64,000 nt of DNA from Thermodesulfobacteriota bacterium (GTDB taxonomy: Bacteria > Desulfobacterota > Desulfobacteria > Desulfobacterales > C00003060). A model generated the notes under the pieces. The model had not been told where the DNA came from, did no database searches, and was given only the letters and a program-made list of their open reading frames with translations. Position 1 is the first letter of the stretch. The number at the start of each line of letters is the position of its first letter. The translations under genes and the position numbers were made by a program. The stretch covers positions 64,001 to 128,000 of the forward strand of contig JAXHVD010000005.1 in the NCBI GenBank assembly GCA_034189385.1, written 5' to 3'. This document shows positions 39,306 through 50,597 of this stretch, in pieces.

Positions 39306-40457
39306 ATGGCGTTTATTTCTTCAGGATACAATCCCGACAAACCGATGGAAAACAGGATTACCGATATCGGACCGCGATATTACGAGGAATTCTATCCACC
39401 AATCATCAAGAAAAACAAAGGCAAATGGCTCTATCACGAAATCCTAGAGCCGGGCATTGTGGTGCATGTGGCTGAAAGCGGAGACGAACTCTATACGATC
39501 CGCTGTGGCGGCTGTCGCTTGATGACTGTGTCGCACATCCGTGAAATCATGGAGATTGCCGATAAGTACTGCGACGGCTATGTCCGGTGGACGACGCGGA
39601 ATAACGTGGAGTTCATGGTGGATAGCAAGGACAAGGCCATGGCCTTGAGAGACGACGTAATGGCCCGGAAACAGCCTGGCGGGTGTTACAAATTTCCCGT
39701 TGGTGGCACGGGCGCTGGCATTACCAATATCGTCCACACCCAGGGCTGGATTCACTGCCACACACCGGCCACGGATGCCTCTGGAACGGTCAAGGCCACG
39801 ATGGACGAGGTCTTTGACGATTTCACCAGCATGAGGCTTCCGGCCAAGCTCAGGATTTCCATGGCCTGCTGCCTGAACATGTGCGGCGCAGTTCACTGTT
39901 CCGATATTGCGATTCTGGGTTACCACCGCAAGCCGCCCATGATTGATGTGGAGTACATTGACAAGATGTGCGAGATTCCCCTGGCCGTTGCAGCCTGCCC
40001 CACGGCAGCCATCAAGCCGGCCAAGGTGGAAGTCGATGGCAAAAAGCTCAACAGCGTAAAGGTGAACGAAGAGCGGTGCATGTTCTGCGGCAACTGCTAC
40101 ACCATGTGCCCGTCCATGCCGTTGGCTGACACAGAGGGAGATGGTATCGTTCTGATGGCAGGCGGCAAGATATCAAACAGGGTAGACGCACCGAAGTTTT
40201 CCAAGGTTGTCGTCGCCTTCATCCCCAACGAACCGCCTCGCTGGCCCACGATGACCAAAACTATCAAGAAGATGGTTGAGGTGTACTCCGCCGACGCAAA
40301 CAAGTACGAGCGCTTTGGCCAATGGGCTGAGAGGATCGGCTGGGAGAGATTCTTTGAGAAGACCGGTCTGGAATTTACCCATCATCTCATCGACGATTTC
40401 CGTGATCCGGCCTATTACACCTGGCGTCAGACCACGAACTTCAAGTTTACCAAGTAG
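39306..40457 (+). CDS. dsrB: Dissimilatory sulfite reductase beta subunit
   Basis: [49 protein letters not shown]. Confidence 0.99.
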   Translation: MAFISSGYNPDKPMENRITDIGPRYYEEFYPPIIKKNKGKWLYHEILEPGIVVHVAESGDELYTIRCGGCRLMTVSHIREIMEIADKYCDGYVRWTTRNNVEFMVDSKDKAMALRDDVMARKQPGGCYKFPVGGTGAGITNIVHTQGWIHCHTPATDASGTVKATMDEVFDDFTSMRLPAKLRISMACCLNMCGAVHCSDIAILGYHRKPPMIDVEYIDKMCEIPLAVAACPTAAIKPAKVEVDGKKLNSVKVNEERCMFCGNCYTMCPSMPLADTEGDGIVLMAGGKISNRVDAPKFSKVVVAFIPNEPPRWPTMTKTIKKMVEVYSADANKYERFGQWAERIGWERFFEKTGLEFTHHLIDDFRDPAYYTWRQTTNFKFTK

Positions 40458-40545
40458 AAGAGGTAAAAACGAAAACACTAGCCCCTCCCCCCGCGGGGGA
40501 GGGGCGACACACACGATACTTTGAATCTCGGAAAAGAGGCAAGCA

Positions 40546-40785
40546 ATGGACGAAGAAGCAGCAAAAAAGACGATCATAGAAGCGCTTGAGAAGAAAAAGG
40601 GGAAGTCCAAATTTTATCTGAAGGACTTCTACAAGATGCTTCCTGACGAGAAAAACAGGGCCGTGAAGAACCTGGTGAACAAAATGGTGGGCGAAGGGAC
40701 CCTCGAGTACTGGTCCAGCGGAAGCACTACCTTGATCGGTCTTAAAGGTGCCGGTAAGCAGCAGCACGGAGAAGGCGAGGATTAG
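40546..40785 (+). CDS. dsrD: DsrD protein
   Basis: KSKFYLKD, LEYWSSGSTT; directly after dsrB. Confidence 0.95.
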   Translation: MDEEAAKKTIIEALEKKKGKSKFYLKDFYKMLPDEKNRAVKNLVNKMVGEGTLEYWSSGSTTLIGLKGAGKQQHGEGED

Positions 40786-40868
40786 CCGAAGCTCGTTCCT
40801 TGAACGGGGTCTCTCGGGCCACTGTTCAGGAAAGCCAGCTTATTGACGGCTGTCAAGAAACCAAACCT

Positions 40869-42272
40869 ATGGCTGTTCCCCGTATCCTGATTACGGCCCT
40901 TCGGGGCGGGTCGGGGAAGACGATCGTCTCTCTGGGAGTGATCGCGTCTTTGCGCAAGCGAGGGATGGCCGTTACCCCCTTTAAGAAGGGACCGGATTTT
41001 ATCGATGCGGGGTGGCTGGCCCTAGCCGCCGGCCACCCCTGTCATAACCTGGACACCTTCTTGATGTCCTCCCGGCAGATCTATCTTTCCTTTTCAACCC
41101 ACACACTTGAGTCAGACCTGGCCGTGATCGAAGGCAACCGGGGTCTCTACGATGGTATGGACCTTGAAGGCAGTACCAGTACCTCGGAACTGGCCAAGCT
41201 CCTGAAGGTCCCTGTGGCCCTTATCATCGATTGTACCAAGACGACCCGCACTGTGGCGGCTCTGGTCTTGGGCTGTGTCCAATTCGACCCCCACGTGAAC
41301 ATCTGCGGCGTAATCCTGAATCGGCTGGCTGGCGCCCGCCATGAATCGATCACCCGCCAGACGGTTGAGCAGCAATGTGGCCTTCCTGTCCTGGGTGCCA
41401 TCCCCAAGATCAAGGGTGAAGCCTTTCCAGAAAGGCACATGGGCCTCGTGCCAACGCCCGAGCATAACTGGGCTGAGGAATCGATTGCCCAGGCGGCGCA
41501 GATGGCGGACAAGTACTTGGATCTGGATGCCATTGTAAAGATCGCCGAAGGGGCACCTGGTTTAGATGATATCCCGCCCACACCATCCCCCCGTGGCCAG
41601 GGGAGAGGAGAGAAGGGTCTATCGCCTCGCATTGGGATCATCCGCGATGGGGCCTTTCAATTCTACTATCCTGAAAACCTGGAGGCCCTTGAGGCCGCCG
41701 GCGCAACGATTGTTACGTTGAATGCCCTTTCAGATCAAGGCCTTGGCGATCTGCATGGCCTTTACATTGGGGGAGGGTTTCCAGAGACGCAGGCCCAGGC
41801 CCTTTCCGCAAACAGAGGCTTTCGGCAGGACCTGCGCCGGTTGGCCGAAGAGGGGCTTCCCATCTATGCCGAGTGCGGCGGCCTCATGTATCTGGGGGAG
41901 CGCTTGGTCTTGGACGGCGTAAGTTATCCCATGGTGGGGGTCCTTCCTGTTACCTTCGGGTTCTCAAGACGGCCTCAAGGACACGGCTACACCATTTTTG
42001 AGGTAGCAAAGCCCAACCCCTTTTTCAAGGTCGGGGCCCATGTTCGGGGCCATGAGTTTCATTATTCCAACGTGTTGGAATGGCAAGAAGCATCAGAGGA
42101 TCTGGCCTTTAAGATGATCCGGGGAGAGGGGTTTAACGGCACGGGGGACGGTCTTTGCTACAAGAACACTCTGGCCACCTATTCTCATATCCATGCCCTG
42201 GGGAACCCTCTCTGGGGCGAGGCCATGGTCAAGGCGGCGGGGGCATTTCAAAAAGGAAAGCTCACGGCGTAA
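40869..42272 (+). CDS. dsrN: Siroheme amidase / cobyrinate a,c-diamide synthase homolog
   Basis: GGSGKT, KKGPDFID, EGNRGLYDG, AECGG, GHEFHYS; position after dsrD. Confidence 0.9.
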   Translation: MAVPRILITALRGGSGKTIVSLGVIASLRKRGMAVTPFKKGPDFIDAGWLALAAGHPCHNLDTFLMSSRQIYLSFSTHTLESDLAVIEGNRGLYDGMDLEGSTSTSELAKLLKVPVALIIDCTKTTRTVAALVLGCVQFDPHVNICGVILNRLAGARHESITRQTVEQQCGLPVLGAIPKIKGEAFPERHMGLVPTPEHNWAEESIAQAAQMADKYLDLDAIVKIAEGAPGLDDIPPTPSPRGQGRGEKGLSPRIGIIRDGAFQFYYPENLEALEAAGATIVTLNALSDQGLGDLHGLYIGGGFPETQAQALSANRGFRQDLRRLAEEGLPIYAECGGLMYLGERLVLDGVSYPMVGVLPVTFGFSRRPQGHGYTIFEVAKPNPFFKVGAHVRGHEFHYSNVLEWQEASEDLAFKMIRGEGFNGTGDGLCYKNTLATYSHIHALGNPLWGEAMVKAAGAFQKGKLTA

Positions 42273-42295
42273 GGCTTTAGGGTAAGCTTTTCTCC

Positions 42296-42338
42296 AAAAA
42301 AAAAGGGGTAAGCTCCCAAAAGAGAACCTACCCCATTT
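42296..42338. terminator. Terminator hairpin between dsrN and the cytochrome c3 gene
   Basis: A-run, ggggta...tacccc stem. Confidence 0.5.
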
Positions 42339-42361
42339 CTAATCCATCTTTCTCTGCGTTG

Positions 42362-42817
42362 CTATTTCTTCTTGGGATGGCAATCCTTGCACGCAGTGGG
42401 CGGGGTCTTGCCAGCCTTTTTCGCATCCTTGTGGCACCCCACACAGTTTTCATGGATGGCTGAATAGTAGTAGCCCTGTGCAGCCTTCTCCGGCCGCGTC
42501 AACTTCTTTTCGCCTTCCTTTGCCTTCGGGGCCTTGGCCTTGTCGTGACATCCTGCTGCGGAACACTTTTTGACCTCGTCGCCTTCCTTCCACACGTTCT
42601 TGCCCTCTTTGTACACATGGTGGCAATCCGCGCACGGCGCTTTGTAATCCACGTTGTGCTTCTTGTGGCTCAGCGTAACCAGGGCCTTTTTGTGTTTTGT
42701 AAAGACCTTGGATTCCAGGACGATGTTGTCAGGCGCCTGCTGGGTGGCATACACTCCTGCAAAGAGGAAGGCCACGCCCATGGCTACAACAGCCAGTACG
42801 ATCAACGATTTCTTCAT
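42362..42817 (-). CDS. Tetraheme type I cytochrome c3
   Basis: Signal peptide; CADCH, CSAAGCH, CVGCH, CKDCH. Confidence 0.92.
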   Translation of the reverse strand: MKKSLIVLAVVAMGVAFLFAGVYATQQAPDNIVLESKVFTKHKKALVTLSHKKHNVDYKAPCADCHHVYKEGKNVWKEGDEVKKCSAAGCHDKAKAPKAKEGEKKLTRPEKAAQGYYYSAIHENCVGCHKDAKKAGKTPPTACKDCHPKKK

Positions 42818-42936
42818 AAGCTCCTTTCACCCCCTTTCCTACAGAGTTTATCATCGGCAATATACCAACCATTTGCACACAAAAATACGTCGTCTTGGCT
42901 AACAGATTTTCCTATTGGTGTCAAGAAGAAAACCCC

Positions 42937-43698
42937 TTATCCAGCACTTTCCTGCGGCTCATTGCTATCTGCCTTTTCCCTCTTTTTTCCAAAGACCCTG
43001 GCGCCCACAATGCTCACTTCATAGAGGAGTATCAAGGGGCCTGCCATCAGGATCTGAGTGACAACATCTGGCGGGGTGAGGACGGAGGCGAAGACAAAGA
43101 AGAGAAGGATGGCGTATTTGCGCTTGGCCTTTAGAAAGGGGACATCCACGATCCCAAGCTTTGCCAAAAAGGTAATGAAGAGGGGTAGCTCAAAAACCAC
43201 ACCAAAGGCAAAGAGGAGCTTGGTCGAGAAGCTTAGGTATTCTCTCATCGATGGCAAGGGCTTGATGGCGTCTGATGCAAAACCCATAAAAAACTTGAAC
43301 CCAAAGGGAAAGACAACAAAGTAGCCAAAGAGTGCACCGCCCAGAAAAAAGACCGATGAAAGGAACACAATAGGCACAACCAGACGCTTTTCCTTGTCGT
43401 AAAGGCCTGGGGCAATGAACATCCAAAGCTGGTATATGATGACAGGCACGGCGAGAAGAACCCCTGCCAGGAAAGCGACCTTCAAATAGGTGAAAAAGGC
43501 CTCGGGAAGTCCTGTGTAGATGAGTTTTTCGTCAGGCGGCATGGCTACCAGCAAGGGATGCATGAGGATATCAAAGAGCTTCTTGGAGAAAAAATAACAG
43601 ATGACAAAGCCGACACCGACAGCACTGAAGCAAATAATCAGGCGTTTACGAAGCTCTTCAAGGTGTGTGGTGAATGGGAGCTTCTCGTCTTCAGGCAT
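42937..43698 (-). CDS. tatC: Twin-arginine translocase subunit TatC
   Basis: HLEELRKRL, FIAPGLY, FELP, TPPD. Confidence 0.96.
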   Translation of the reverse strand: MPEDEKLPFTTHLEELRKRLIICFSAVGVGFVICYFFSKKLFDILMHPLLVAMPPDEKLIYTGLPEAFFTYLKVAFLAGVLLAVPVIIYQLWMFIAPGLYDKEKRLVVPIVFLSSVFFLGGALFGYFVVFPFGFKFFMGFASDAIKPLPSMREYLSFSTKLLFAFGVVFELPLFITFLAKLGIVDVPFLKAKRKYAILLFFVFASVLTPPDVVTQILMAGPLILLYEVSIVGARVFGKKREKADSNEPQESAG

Positions 43699-44095
43699 CT
43701 TTAGAAGGCTCCTTCTGTGCTTGCTTTTGTGAAGATGTGTCCTCCGTCGGCTTCTCCGGGGCGCCCTTTATGTCCCCATCAAAGGAATGCTCCAGATCTT
43801 CTTCTGCCACGGCATCCTCCGTTGACACACTTTTCTTTTTGCCAGAGGCTGTGGGGTCGGTCATAGGTCTCTTGACCGTCTGTTCAATATCCCCCTTGAT
43901 CTCCTGTATGGTCTCCCGCGCCTCTTTTAGGTCATCATCTACATCAAGGCTTTCCTTGAAGTCCTTGGTGGCCTTCTTGAACTCAGAGATCCCCCTGCCT
44001 AAGGCCTTAGCAATCTCCGGAAGTTTTTTGGGGCCAAGGACAATAAGGGCAATGGCCAGGATCAAGATGATTTCCGGCATCCCCATGCCAAACAT
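43691..44095 (-). CDS. tatB: Twin-arginine translocase TatA/TatB family subunit
   Basis: MFGMGMPE...LGPKKLPE; upstream of tatC. Confidence 0.85.
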   Translation of the reverse strand: MFGMGMPEIILILAIALIVLGPKKLPEIAKALGRGISEFKKATKDFKESLDVDDDLKEARETIQEIKGDIEQTVKRPMTDPTASGKKKSVSTEDAVAEEDLEHSFDGDIKGAPEKPTEDTSSQKQAQKEPSKDA

Positions 44096-44303
44096 AGACG
44101 GCTCCTTGTAGGTTAAAATTTGGGAATTATGCACAAAATGTTGATGAATTTATAATGGTATCTAGGTTTTCTGTCAAGCCATATCCAAATGGCAACAAAA
44201 GACCTGCGGTCGTAGTCCGCAAAGCGGTGTCATTGGCCGGGCAGTCCCATAGGGTCACTTGGAGAAGGCACCTTCAGCAATCTGAGCCCAGGTCACAATA
44301 GTG

Positions 44304-44332
44304 TTGACAAGCCCTCGTCCCTTTTTTAGACT
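44304..44332 (+). promoter_or_regulatory. Sigma70 promoter for tRNA-Leu
   Basis: TTGACA-N17-TAGACT. Confidence 0.6.
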
Positions 44333-44345
44333 TTTTAGTTATCCC

Positions 44346-44433
44346 GCCGGAGTGGTGAAACTGGTAGACGCAGAGGACTCAAAATCCTCCGAGCCTTGGG
44401 CTCGTGTCGGTTCGATTCCGACCTCCGGCACCA
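44346..44433 (+). tRNA. tRNA-Leu(CAA)
   Basis: Cloverleaf with GAGGA-CT-CAA-AA-TCCTC anticodon arm, long variable arm, GTTCGA, encoded CCA. Confidence 0.96.
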
Positions 44434-44445
44434 GTGATGTCATAA

Positions 44446-44480
44446 AACAGGGCCAGCGTGAGCTGGCCCTGTTTCTTTTT
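44446..44480 (+). terminator. Rho-independent terminator
   Basis: acagggccagc-gtga-gctggccctgt followed by a T-rich run. Confidence 0.85.
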
Positions 44481-44805
44481 GTGCCTTCTCCTTGGTAGAG
44501 TACCCCCCCAAGGCTTCTTTTGGATAGTTAAAGAAATTGGATTTGGTGCGAGACCTTGGCGCCTTGAAAAACCCTCTGTTGCAAAGGCCATTGCCTTTAC
44601 CCTGACAGATGGGAGTCTGGTATCGTGACAAGGCAGAGACAGTGCTATTGAAACTGCCATAAGACAGCCAGTATCCTTTTTTTTCTCTTGGCCTTGCCCT
44701 TATTTTTGTCTTGACAAGCCACCCCATTTTGTATATGGGTCGTGGTGTTTGTGCCGCATCCCAAGACAGGTTCCTTCCGGAACTGTGAGGACAGCCCTAC
44801 TAACT

Positions 44806-45357
44806 ATGGACCTATCAGATCTGCTAATCGAGAAAAAATCTCCAGTCCTTGAAAAGTGGTGTGACCTGATTCTAGAAGCATATCCTGAAGAGGGCCAGAG
44901 ATTTTTTAAGAAGCAAAAAGATCAATTCGCGAATCCAGTGGGCCTTAGTATTTTTGAAGGCGCTGAATCCATTTATGATGAACTTCTAGGCGAAGCTGAC
45001 TCTGACAAGATTTCAGTCTTTCTCGACAATATCATCAGGGTGAGGGCGATTCAGGATCTTTTGCCTGCCCAGGCCACAGGCTTCATCTTCGGCCTAAAGA
45101 AGATTGTCCGAGAAGAGCTAAGAGACCATCTTCAACAAGAGGGCATCTCCGACCAGTTGGCGGCCTTTGAGTCCAGAATAGACGGCTTGGCCTTGATGTG
45201 TTTTAATGTCTATACAGAATGTCGGCAGAGGGTTTTTGATATCCGCGTTAAGGAGTTGAGAAATCAGTCACACAAATTGTTAAAAATGGCAGGTCTGGCC
45301 TATGAGCTTCCCGAGAATGAAGGGACTCTCAAAGAGGACAATGGTAACAACGGATAA
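44806..45357 (+). CDS. dsrT: DsrT (RsbRD N-terminal domain protein)
   Basis: KDQFANPVG, IIRVRAIQ; directly upstream of dsrM. Confidence 0.88.
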   Translation: MDLSDLLIEKKSPVLEKWCDLILEAYPEEGQRFFKKQKDQFANPVGLSIFEGAESIYDELLGEADSDKISVFLDNIIRVRAIQDLLPAQATGFIFGLKKIVREELRDHLQQEGISDQLAAFESRIDGLALMCFNVYTECRQRVFDIRVKELRNQSHKLLKMAGLAYELPENEGTLKEDNGNNG

Positions 45358-45384
45358 CCTAACACGGAAGCGAGGGAACATTAG

Positions 45385-46422
45385 ATGAACGTTATACTGA
45401 GTCTCATACTTTCGGGTGGAGCGGTTTTCGGGCTCGTTGTATTTGCCTTCCTGGGCGTGTGGGGGGCACACCTTGAGTGGCTTTTTGGGGTGGTGATTCC
45501 TTACCTGGCGGTCGTTATCTTCTTTGTGGGAATCGTCTACCGGGTGGTAAAATGGGCCAAGTCACCAGTGCCTTTCCGTATCCCGTCCACGTGCGCCCAG
45601 CAAAAGACCCTTCCCTGGATCAAGTACAGTTATGCCGATAGAATCGATAACCCGGCTACTACGGGCGGCGTCGTGGTGCGCATGATACTGGAAGTCTTTT
45701 GTTTCCGTTCCCTGCTCAGGAACACAAGACTTGAATTTGGCAGTGGCGATGAGATCACCTACAAGTCGGCCAAGTGGCTATGGCTTGCAGCTATCGTCTT
45801 TCATTACACTTTCCTCGTAGTCCTCCTTAGACACCTCAGGTTTTTCACTGAGCCCATGCCTTTTTTTGTTACCCTTATCGAAAGGGTGGATGGGTTCTTT
45901 CAGGTGACCTTACCGGTCCTTTATCAAAGCGGCTTTCTCCTTGGGGCAGCGTTGACCTTTCTGCTTTTAAGAAGGCTTATTGACAACAAGTTACGGTATA
46001 TTTCCCTGCCTGCCGATTACTTCCCGTTGCTCCTGATTTTGGCCATCGCCAAGACCGGTATCCTGATGCGCTATGTGTTCAAGGCCGATGTGGTGAGCAT
46101 CAAGGAACTGACCTTGGGGCTGGTCAGTTTTAGCCCGACCGTTCCCGAGGGGATCAGCGTGCTGTTCTACATTCATGTATTTCTTGTGAGCGTACTCTTT
46201 GCCTACTTTCCCTTCAGTAAGCTCGTGCACATGGCAGGAGTATTTCTGAGCCCAACAAGGAATCTATCGAACAACAACCGCGTGGTCAGGCACATTAATC
46301 CTTGGAATTACCCGGTCAAGCTTCATACATATCAGGATTATGAAAACGAGTTCAGAGAGAAGATGATAGGCGCCGGATTGCCAGTGGAGAAACAAACCGC
46401 ATCCACGGAAGAGAAGGAATAA
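45385..46422 (+). CDS. dsrM: DsrM membrane cytochrome b
   Basis: PVPFRIP, FHY, RHLRFF, YFPFSKLVH, SPTRN. Confidence 0.95.
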   Translation: MNVILSLILSGGAVFGLVVFAFLGVWGAHLEWLFGVVIPYLAVVIFFVGIVYRVVKWAKSPVPFRIPSTCAQQKTLPWIKYSYADRIDNPATTGGVVVRMILEVFCFRSLLRNTRLEFGSGDEITYKSAKWLWLAAIVFHYTFLVVLLRHLRFFTEPMPFFVTLIERVDGFFQVTLPVLYQSGFLLGAALTFLLLRRLIDNKLRYISLPADYFPLLLILAIAKTGILMRYVFKADVVSIKELTLGLVSFSPTVPEGISVLFYIHVFLVSVLFAYFPFSKLVHMAGVFLSPTRNLSNNNRVVRHINPWNYPVKLHTYQDYENEFREKMIGAGLPVEKQTASTEEKE

Positions 46423-46441
46423 ACCTGGAAAAGGAGTCATC

Positions 46442-48088
46442 ATGGCAGATACACCAAAACCCGAAGAGCTATTAGACATTAAGCACAGCAAGGTTTCTAT
46501 GGGGTTGGAGAAGGGGTGGCTGCGTAGTGCCCCAGATGTGGAGATTAAACCGGGCATGCATTGTTTCGCCTGCGAGCCGCGACGCCTTGAGATCGTGGGG
46601 ATGCCGAATCCCAGGCAGTGGTCGGCCAGCGATGAAGACTGGAAAGTGCCCAACGACTGGAAAGAGATTGTCCTGGATGGCTTTAAGGACCGCCTGGACA
46701 AGTTTCGCAGCCTTCGACTTTTTATGGATATTTGCGTGAGGTGTGGTGCCTGCGCCGACAAGTGCCACTACTTTATCGGGTCGGGAGACCCCAAGAACAT
46801 GCCGGTGATGAGGGCCGAGCTCTTCCGGTCAATCTATCGGAAGTATTTCACTACCGCAGGAAAGGTATTGGGGCCCATTGCTGGCGCAAGAGAACTTACC
46901 TATGACGTACTCAAAGAGTGGTGGTACTATCTGTATCAGTGCAGTGAGTGCCGTCGCTGCTCGGTTTTTTGCCCTTATGGGATCGATACGGCCGAGATCA
47001 CTATCCTGGGCCGGGAACTGACCAATTTACTGGGTTTGAACATTGACTGGATCGCCGCCCCTGTGGCCTTTTGCTACCGGACGGGAAATCACCTTGGCAT
47101 TCAGCCCCACGCCTACAAGGGGATGATGGAATTTTTCCAGGATGAGATAGAGGACATCACCGGGGTGCGGGTCGAGCCAAGCTTTAACAGAAAAGGGGCC
47201 GAGATCCTGTTCATCACCCCTTCCGGTGACGTATTTGCGGACCCAGGTACCTATACCTGCATGGGATATCTCGCACTGTTCCACCAATTGGGCATTGACG
47301 TTACATGGAGCACCTACGCCTCAGAGGGCGGAAACTTCGGGCTCTTTACGTCCCATGAGATGATGAAGCGGCTCAATTCCAAGATGTATGCCGAGGCCAA
47401 GCGCCTGGGGGTGAAATGGATCCTGGGCGGAGAGTGTGGCCATATGTGGCGGGTCGTCAATCAGTATATGGGTACCATGAACCTGGACCTCGCAGAGGGG
47501 AGTAACCTGGAGAACCCGGTCTCACCCATTACGGGAACCAAATTCGAGAACGCGAATTCTACCAAGATGGTACACATCACGGAGTTTACGGCAGACCTTA
47601 TTAAGCACGGCAAGCTGAAACTAGATCCCAGCAGAAACGACAACCTGAAAGTGACCTTCCATGACTCCTGTAATCCTGCCCGGGCTATGGGGCTTCTTGA
47701 GGAACCACGATACGTGATCAAGAATGTGTGTAATCATTTCTACGAAATGCCGCCAAACACCATCAGGGAACAGACTTTCTGCTGTGGAGGCGGGTCCGGC
47801 CTGAACGCAGGTGAAGACATGGAGCTTAGGTTTAGAGGAGGGCTCCCTAGAGCAAATGCAGTAAAGTATGTCCATAAAAAACACGGCGTCAACATGCTTG
47901 CCAATGTTTGCGCCATTGACAGGGCCGTTTTCCCAGCACTCATGGAATACTGGATACCAGAGGTAGATGTAACAGGTGTTCATGAGATGGTGGCAAATGC
48001 CATGATAATGGACGGAGAAAAGAAGAGGACATTGAATTACCGTGGAGAACCCCTACCAGGAGTAGAGGAGGAATCTGAGGATGTATGA
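46442..48088 (+). CDS. dsrK: DsrK Fe-S protein
   Basis: CVRCGACADKC, CSECRRCSVFCP, GECGH, HDSCN, CCGGG. Confidence 0.96.
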   Translation: MADTPKPEELLDIKHSKVSMGLEKGWLRSAPDVEIKPGMHCFACEPRRLEIVGMPNPRQWSASDEDWKVPNDWKEIVLDGFKDRLDKFRSLRLFMDICVRCGACADKCHYFIGSGDPKNMPVMRAELFRSIYRKYFTTAGKVLGPIAGARELTYDVLKEWWYYLYQCSECRRCSVFCPYGIDTAEITILGRELTNLLGLNIDWIAAPVAFCYRTGNHLGIQPHAYKGMMEFFQDEIEDITGVRVEPSFNRKGAEILFITPSGDVFADPGTYTCMGYLALFHQLGIDVTWSTYASEGGNFGLFTSHEMMKRLNSKMYAEAKRLGVKWILGGECGHMWRVVNQYMGTMNLDLAEGSNLENPVSPITGTKFENANSTKMVHITEFTADLIKHGKLKLDPSRNDNLKVTFHDSCNPARAMGLLEEPRYVIKNVCNHFYEMPPNTIREQTFCCGGGSGLNAGEDMELRFRGGLPRANAVKYVHKKHGVNMLANVCAIDRAVFPALMEYWIPEVDVTGVHEMVANAMIMDGEKKRTLNYRGEPLPGVEEESEDV

Positions 48089-48488
48089 CGGAGGTAAAAT
48101 CATTGCCGGTATTATCATCGGTCTCGTTCTGTTGACATTCCCGATTTGGTATACTCATGGGATGGCCCCCAAGAGGCCAGAAGTCAAGCTTCCTGAGAAG
48201 GAAAAGAAGTGTGTAAAAGACGGGCCGTACATGAAGACCAAGCACATGCAGCTGCTAGACCTGTGGAGAGACTCTACTGTGCGCGCACAGAAGAGGATTT
48301 TCGTGAGCGAAGACGGTAGAAAGTTTACCATGAGTCTTCAGAATACCTGCATGAGCGCAAACTGTCATGCCAAGAAGTCGGAGTTTTGCGACAGGTGTCA
48401 CAACTATACGGGGGTGGACCCGTACTGTTGGGATTGCCACATTCCACCAAAGGAAGAACCTAAGGAGAAATCAGAGGAGATGCTGTGA
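48081..48488 (+). CDS. dsrJ: DsrJ triheme cytochrome c
   Basis: [27 protein letters not shown]. Confidence 0.94.
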   Translation: MYDGGKIIAGIIIGLVLLTFPIWYTHGMAPKRPEVKLPEKEKKCVKDGPYMKTKHMQLLDLWRDSTVRAQKRIFVSEDGRKFTMSLQNTCMSANCHAKKSEFCDRCHNYTGVDPYCWDCHIPPKEEPKEKSEEML

Positions 48489-49360
48489 TGGGCGTGAACA
48501 GAAGAAAATTTTTGAAGATCGCCGGGATTTCCACATTGGGGGTAGCGGCCAAACCTGCCACGGATGCCCTTGCCTTCAACCCCAAGGAGTGGCTGGACGA
48601 AAAGCTAGGCGGCTTCACTCCTTCGGAAATACTATTACACTTTGGTCACCAGCCAGAAGGGAGCGTGCCAGGAGAGGCCCTGACGGGAACGCGATGGGCC
48701 ATGGTCGTCAATGTAAGGAGCCTCGATGAGGAGATAGCAGAGGCCTGCATGGACGCCTGCCACAAGGTGCACAATGTTCCTCATATTGAGAATTCCAAAC
48801 ACGAAATAAAGTGGCTCTGGCATGAGCATTATGAGAACGCCCTGCCGGGGCAGCACCATGAGCACATCGACGACGACATTAAGAAGCTTCCCTTTCTGGT
48901 CATGTGCAACCACTGCTACAACCCTCCCTGTGTGAGGGTTTGTCCAACGAAGGCTACGTACAAGAGGAAGAAAGACGGCATCGTCATCATGGATATGCAT
49001 CGCTGCATCGGGTGCCGGTTTTGTATGGCAGCGTGCCCCTTTGGATCCAGGAGCTTCAACTGGAAAGACCCTAGGAAATACTTCAAGGACGAGGAGTATC
49101 CGAATCCCAAGTATCCTACGAGGATGAAAGGGGTCGTAGAAAAATGCAATTTCTGTGCAGAGCGTCTTGCTGAGGGACAGATCCCGGCCTGTGTGGAAGT
49201 TGCCCAAAAGCTCTGCGCGGAGAAGGGCAAGGAGCCGGCATTGGTATTCGGAGATCTGGATGATCCAGACTCTGAGGTGAGACAGGTGCTTCGGTCCCAC
49301 TACAGTGTGCGGCGCAAGCCAGAACTAGGTACCCATCCCAACGTTTACTATATTGTGTGA
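48488..49360 (+). CDS. dsrO: DsrO periplasmic Fe-S protein
   Basis: Tat signal [28 protein letters not shown]. Confidence 0.94.
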   Translation: MGVNRRKFLKIAGISTLGVAAKPATDALAFNPKEWLDEKLGGFTPSEILLHFGHQPEGSVPGEALTGTRWAMVVNVRSLDEEIAEACMDACHKVHNVPHIENSKHEIKWLWHEHYENALPGQHHEHIDDDIKKLPFLVMCNHCYNPPCVRVCPTKATYKRKKDGIVIMDMHRCIGCRFCMAACPFGSRSFNWKDPRKYFKDEEYPNPKYPTRMKGVVEKCNFCAERLAEGQIPACVEVAQKLCAEKGKEPALVFGDLDDPDSEVRQVLRSHYSVRRKPELGTHPNVYYIV

Positions 49361-49368
49361 GGTGAGCC

Positions 49369-50526
49369 ATGCTTGAGAAGGCATTTCTTGGAGGGCGTAA
49401 ATACTGGACTTGGATGATATGCTTGCTCATTGTCATGGGAGCAGGGTTTGGTGCGTGGCTGTTTCAGCTTCGGGATGGTCTGGGCATCACCGGGATGAGC
49501 AGGGATATCTCGTGGGGGGTTTACATCGCCAACTTCACCTTTCTTGTTGGAGTGGCTGCTGCGGCCGTCATGGTGGTTATCCCCTATTACATCCACCACT
49601 ACAAGGCCTTTGGCCGTATTACTATATTGGCGGAGTTTTTGGGGGTGTCTGCCGTGCTCATGTGCCTCCTATTCATTCTTGCAGACCTGGGTAATCCAGT
49701 CCGGGCGCTGAATGTGCTGTTACACCCCACACCCAATTCCATACTTTTCTGGGACATGGTGGTCTTAAATGGCTATCTCTTTTTGAACATCTTTATTGGG
49801 TGGAATGTGCTCATGGCAGAGCGCAAAGGGTCACCGCCTCCTGGATGGCTAAAGCCTGTCATTTATCTTTCCATACCATGGGCTGTGAGTATCCACACGG
49901 TGACGGCCTTCTTATACGCTGGTTTGCCGGGAAGGCATTTCTGGCTTACGGCCATTATGGCAGCGCGCTTTCTGGCATCGGCATTTGCTGCCGGACCGGC
50001 CTTGCTCATCCTTTTCTGTCTCATTATTAGAAAAAACACGAAGTTTGACCCAGGCGAAGAGCAAATCCACACGCTTTCAGGTATTGTCACCTATGCCATG
50101 ATCCTGAATGTGTTCTTCTTCCTGCTTGAATGCTTCACGGCCTTTTACAGCCAGATCCCGGGCCACATGCACACGATTCAGTATTTGTTTGCAGGCATCC
50201 ACGGACATACGGGACTGGTGCCTTGGATGTGGACCGCGGTCTTCTTCTGGACAGTCTCACTCGTCCTGTTAATTGTGCCGGCGGCTCGGCGGGCAAATGA
50301 TGTCTTGGCCGTGGCCTGCGTGACAGTATTCATTGGGTGCTGGATCGATAAGGGTGTGGGCTTGGTCATCGGGGGATTTATCCCCAATCCGCTGGAGCAC
50401 ATCACAGAATACCAGGCCACCGTGCCTGAGGTTCTGATCACGCTGGGGGTTTGGGCCACTGGGTTCTTTGTGCTGAGTTTCCTTTACAAGATCGCCATCA
50501 CCGTAAAGGAGGAACTGGGGGCCTAG
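49369..50526 (+). CDS. dsrP: DsrP NrfD-family membrane protein
   Basis: WGVYIANFTFLVG, SIHTVTAF, ARFLASAF. Confidence 0.94.
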   Translation: MLEKAFLGGRKYWTWMICLLIVMGAGFGAWLFQLRDGLGITGMSRDISWGVYIANFTFLVGVAAAAVMVVIPYYIHHYKAFGRITILAEFLGVSAVLMCLLFILADLGNPVRALNVLLHPTPNSILFWDMVVLNGYLFLNIFIGWNVLMAERKGSPPPGWLKPVIYLSIPWAVSIHTVTAFLYAGLPGRHFWLTAIMAARFLASAFAAGPALLILFCLIIRKNTKFDPGEEQIHTLSGIVTYAMILNVFFFLLECFTAFYSQIPGHMHTIQYLFAGIHGHTGLVPWMWTAVFFWTVSLVLLIVPAARRANDVLAVACVTVFIGCWIDKGVGLVIGGFIPNPLEHITEYQATVPEVLITLGVWATGFFVLSFLYKIAITVKEELGA

Positions 50527-50561
50527 TCCCGGCAAGAGGATTTTCTAAGAATAGACAAAGG

Positions 50562-50597
50562 AGGCCCATTTCCGAAAGGAAATGGGCCTTTTTTTTG
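50562..50597 (+). terminator. Rho-independent terminator after dsrP
   Basis: aggcccatttcc-gaaa-ggaaatgggcc + T-run. Confidence 0.9.

Noticed and set aside
44346..44700. Integrated element at tRNA-Leu
   Set aside because: No integrase and no duplicated tRNA 3' end seen; the same holds for tRNA-Met
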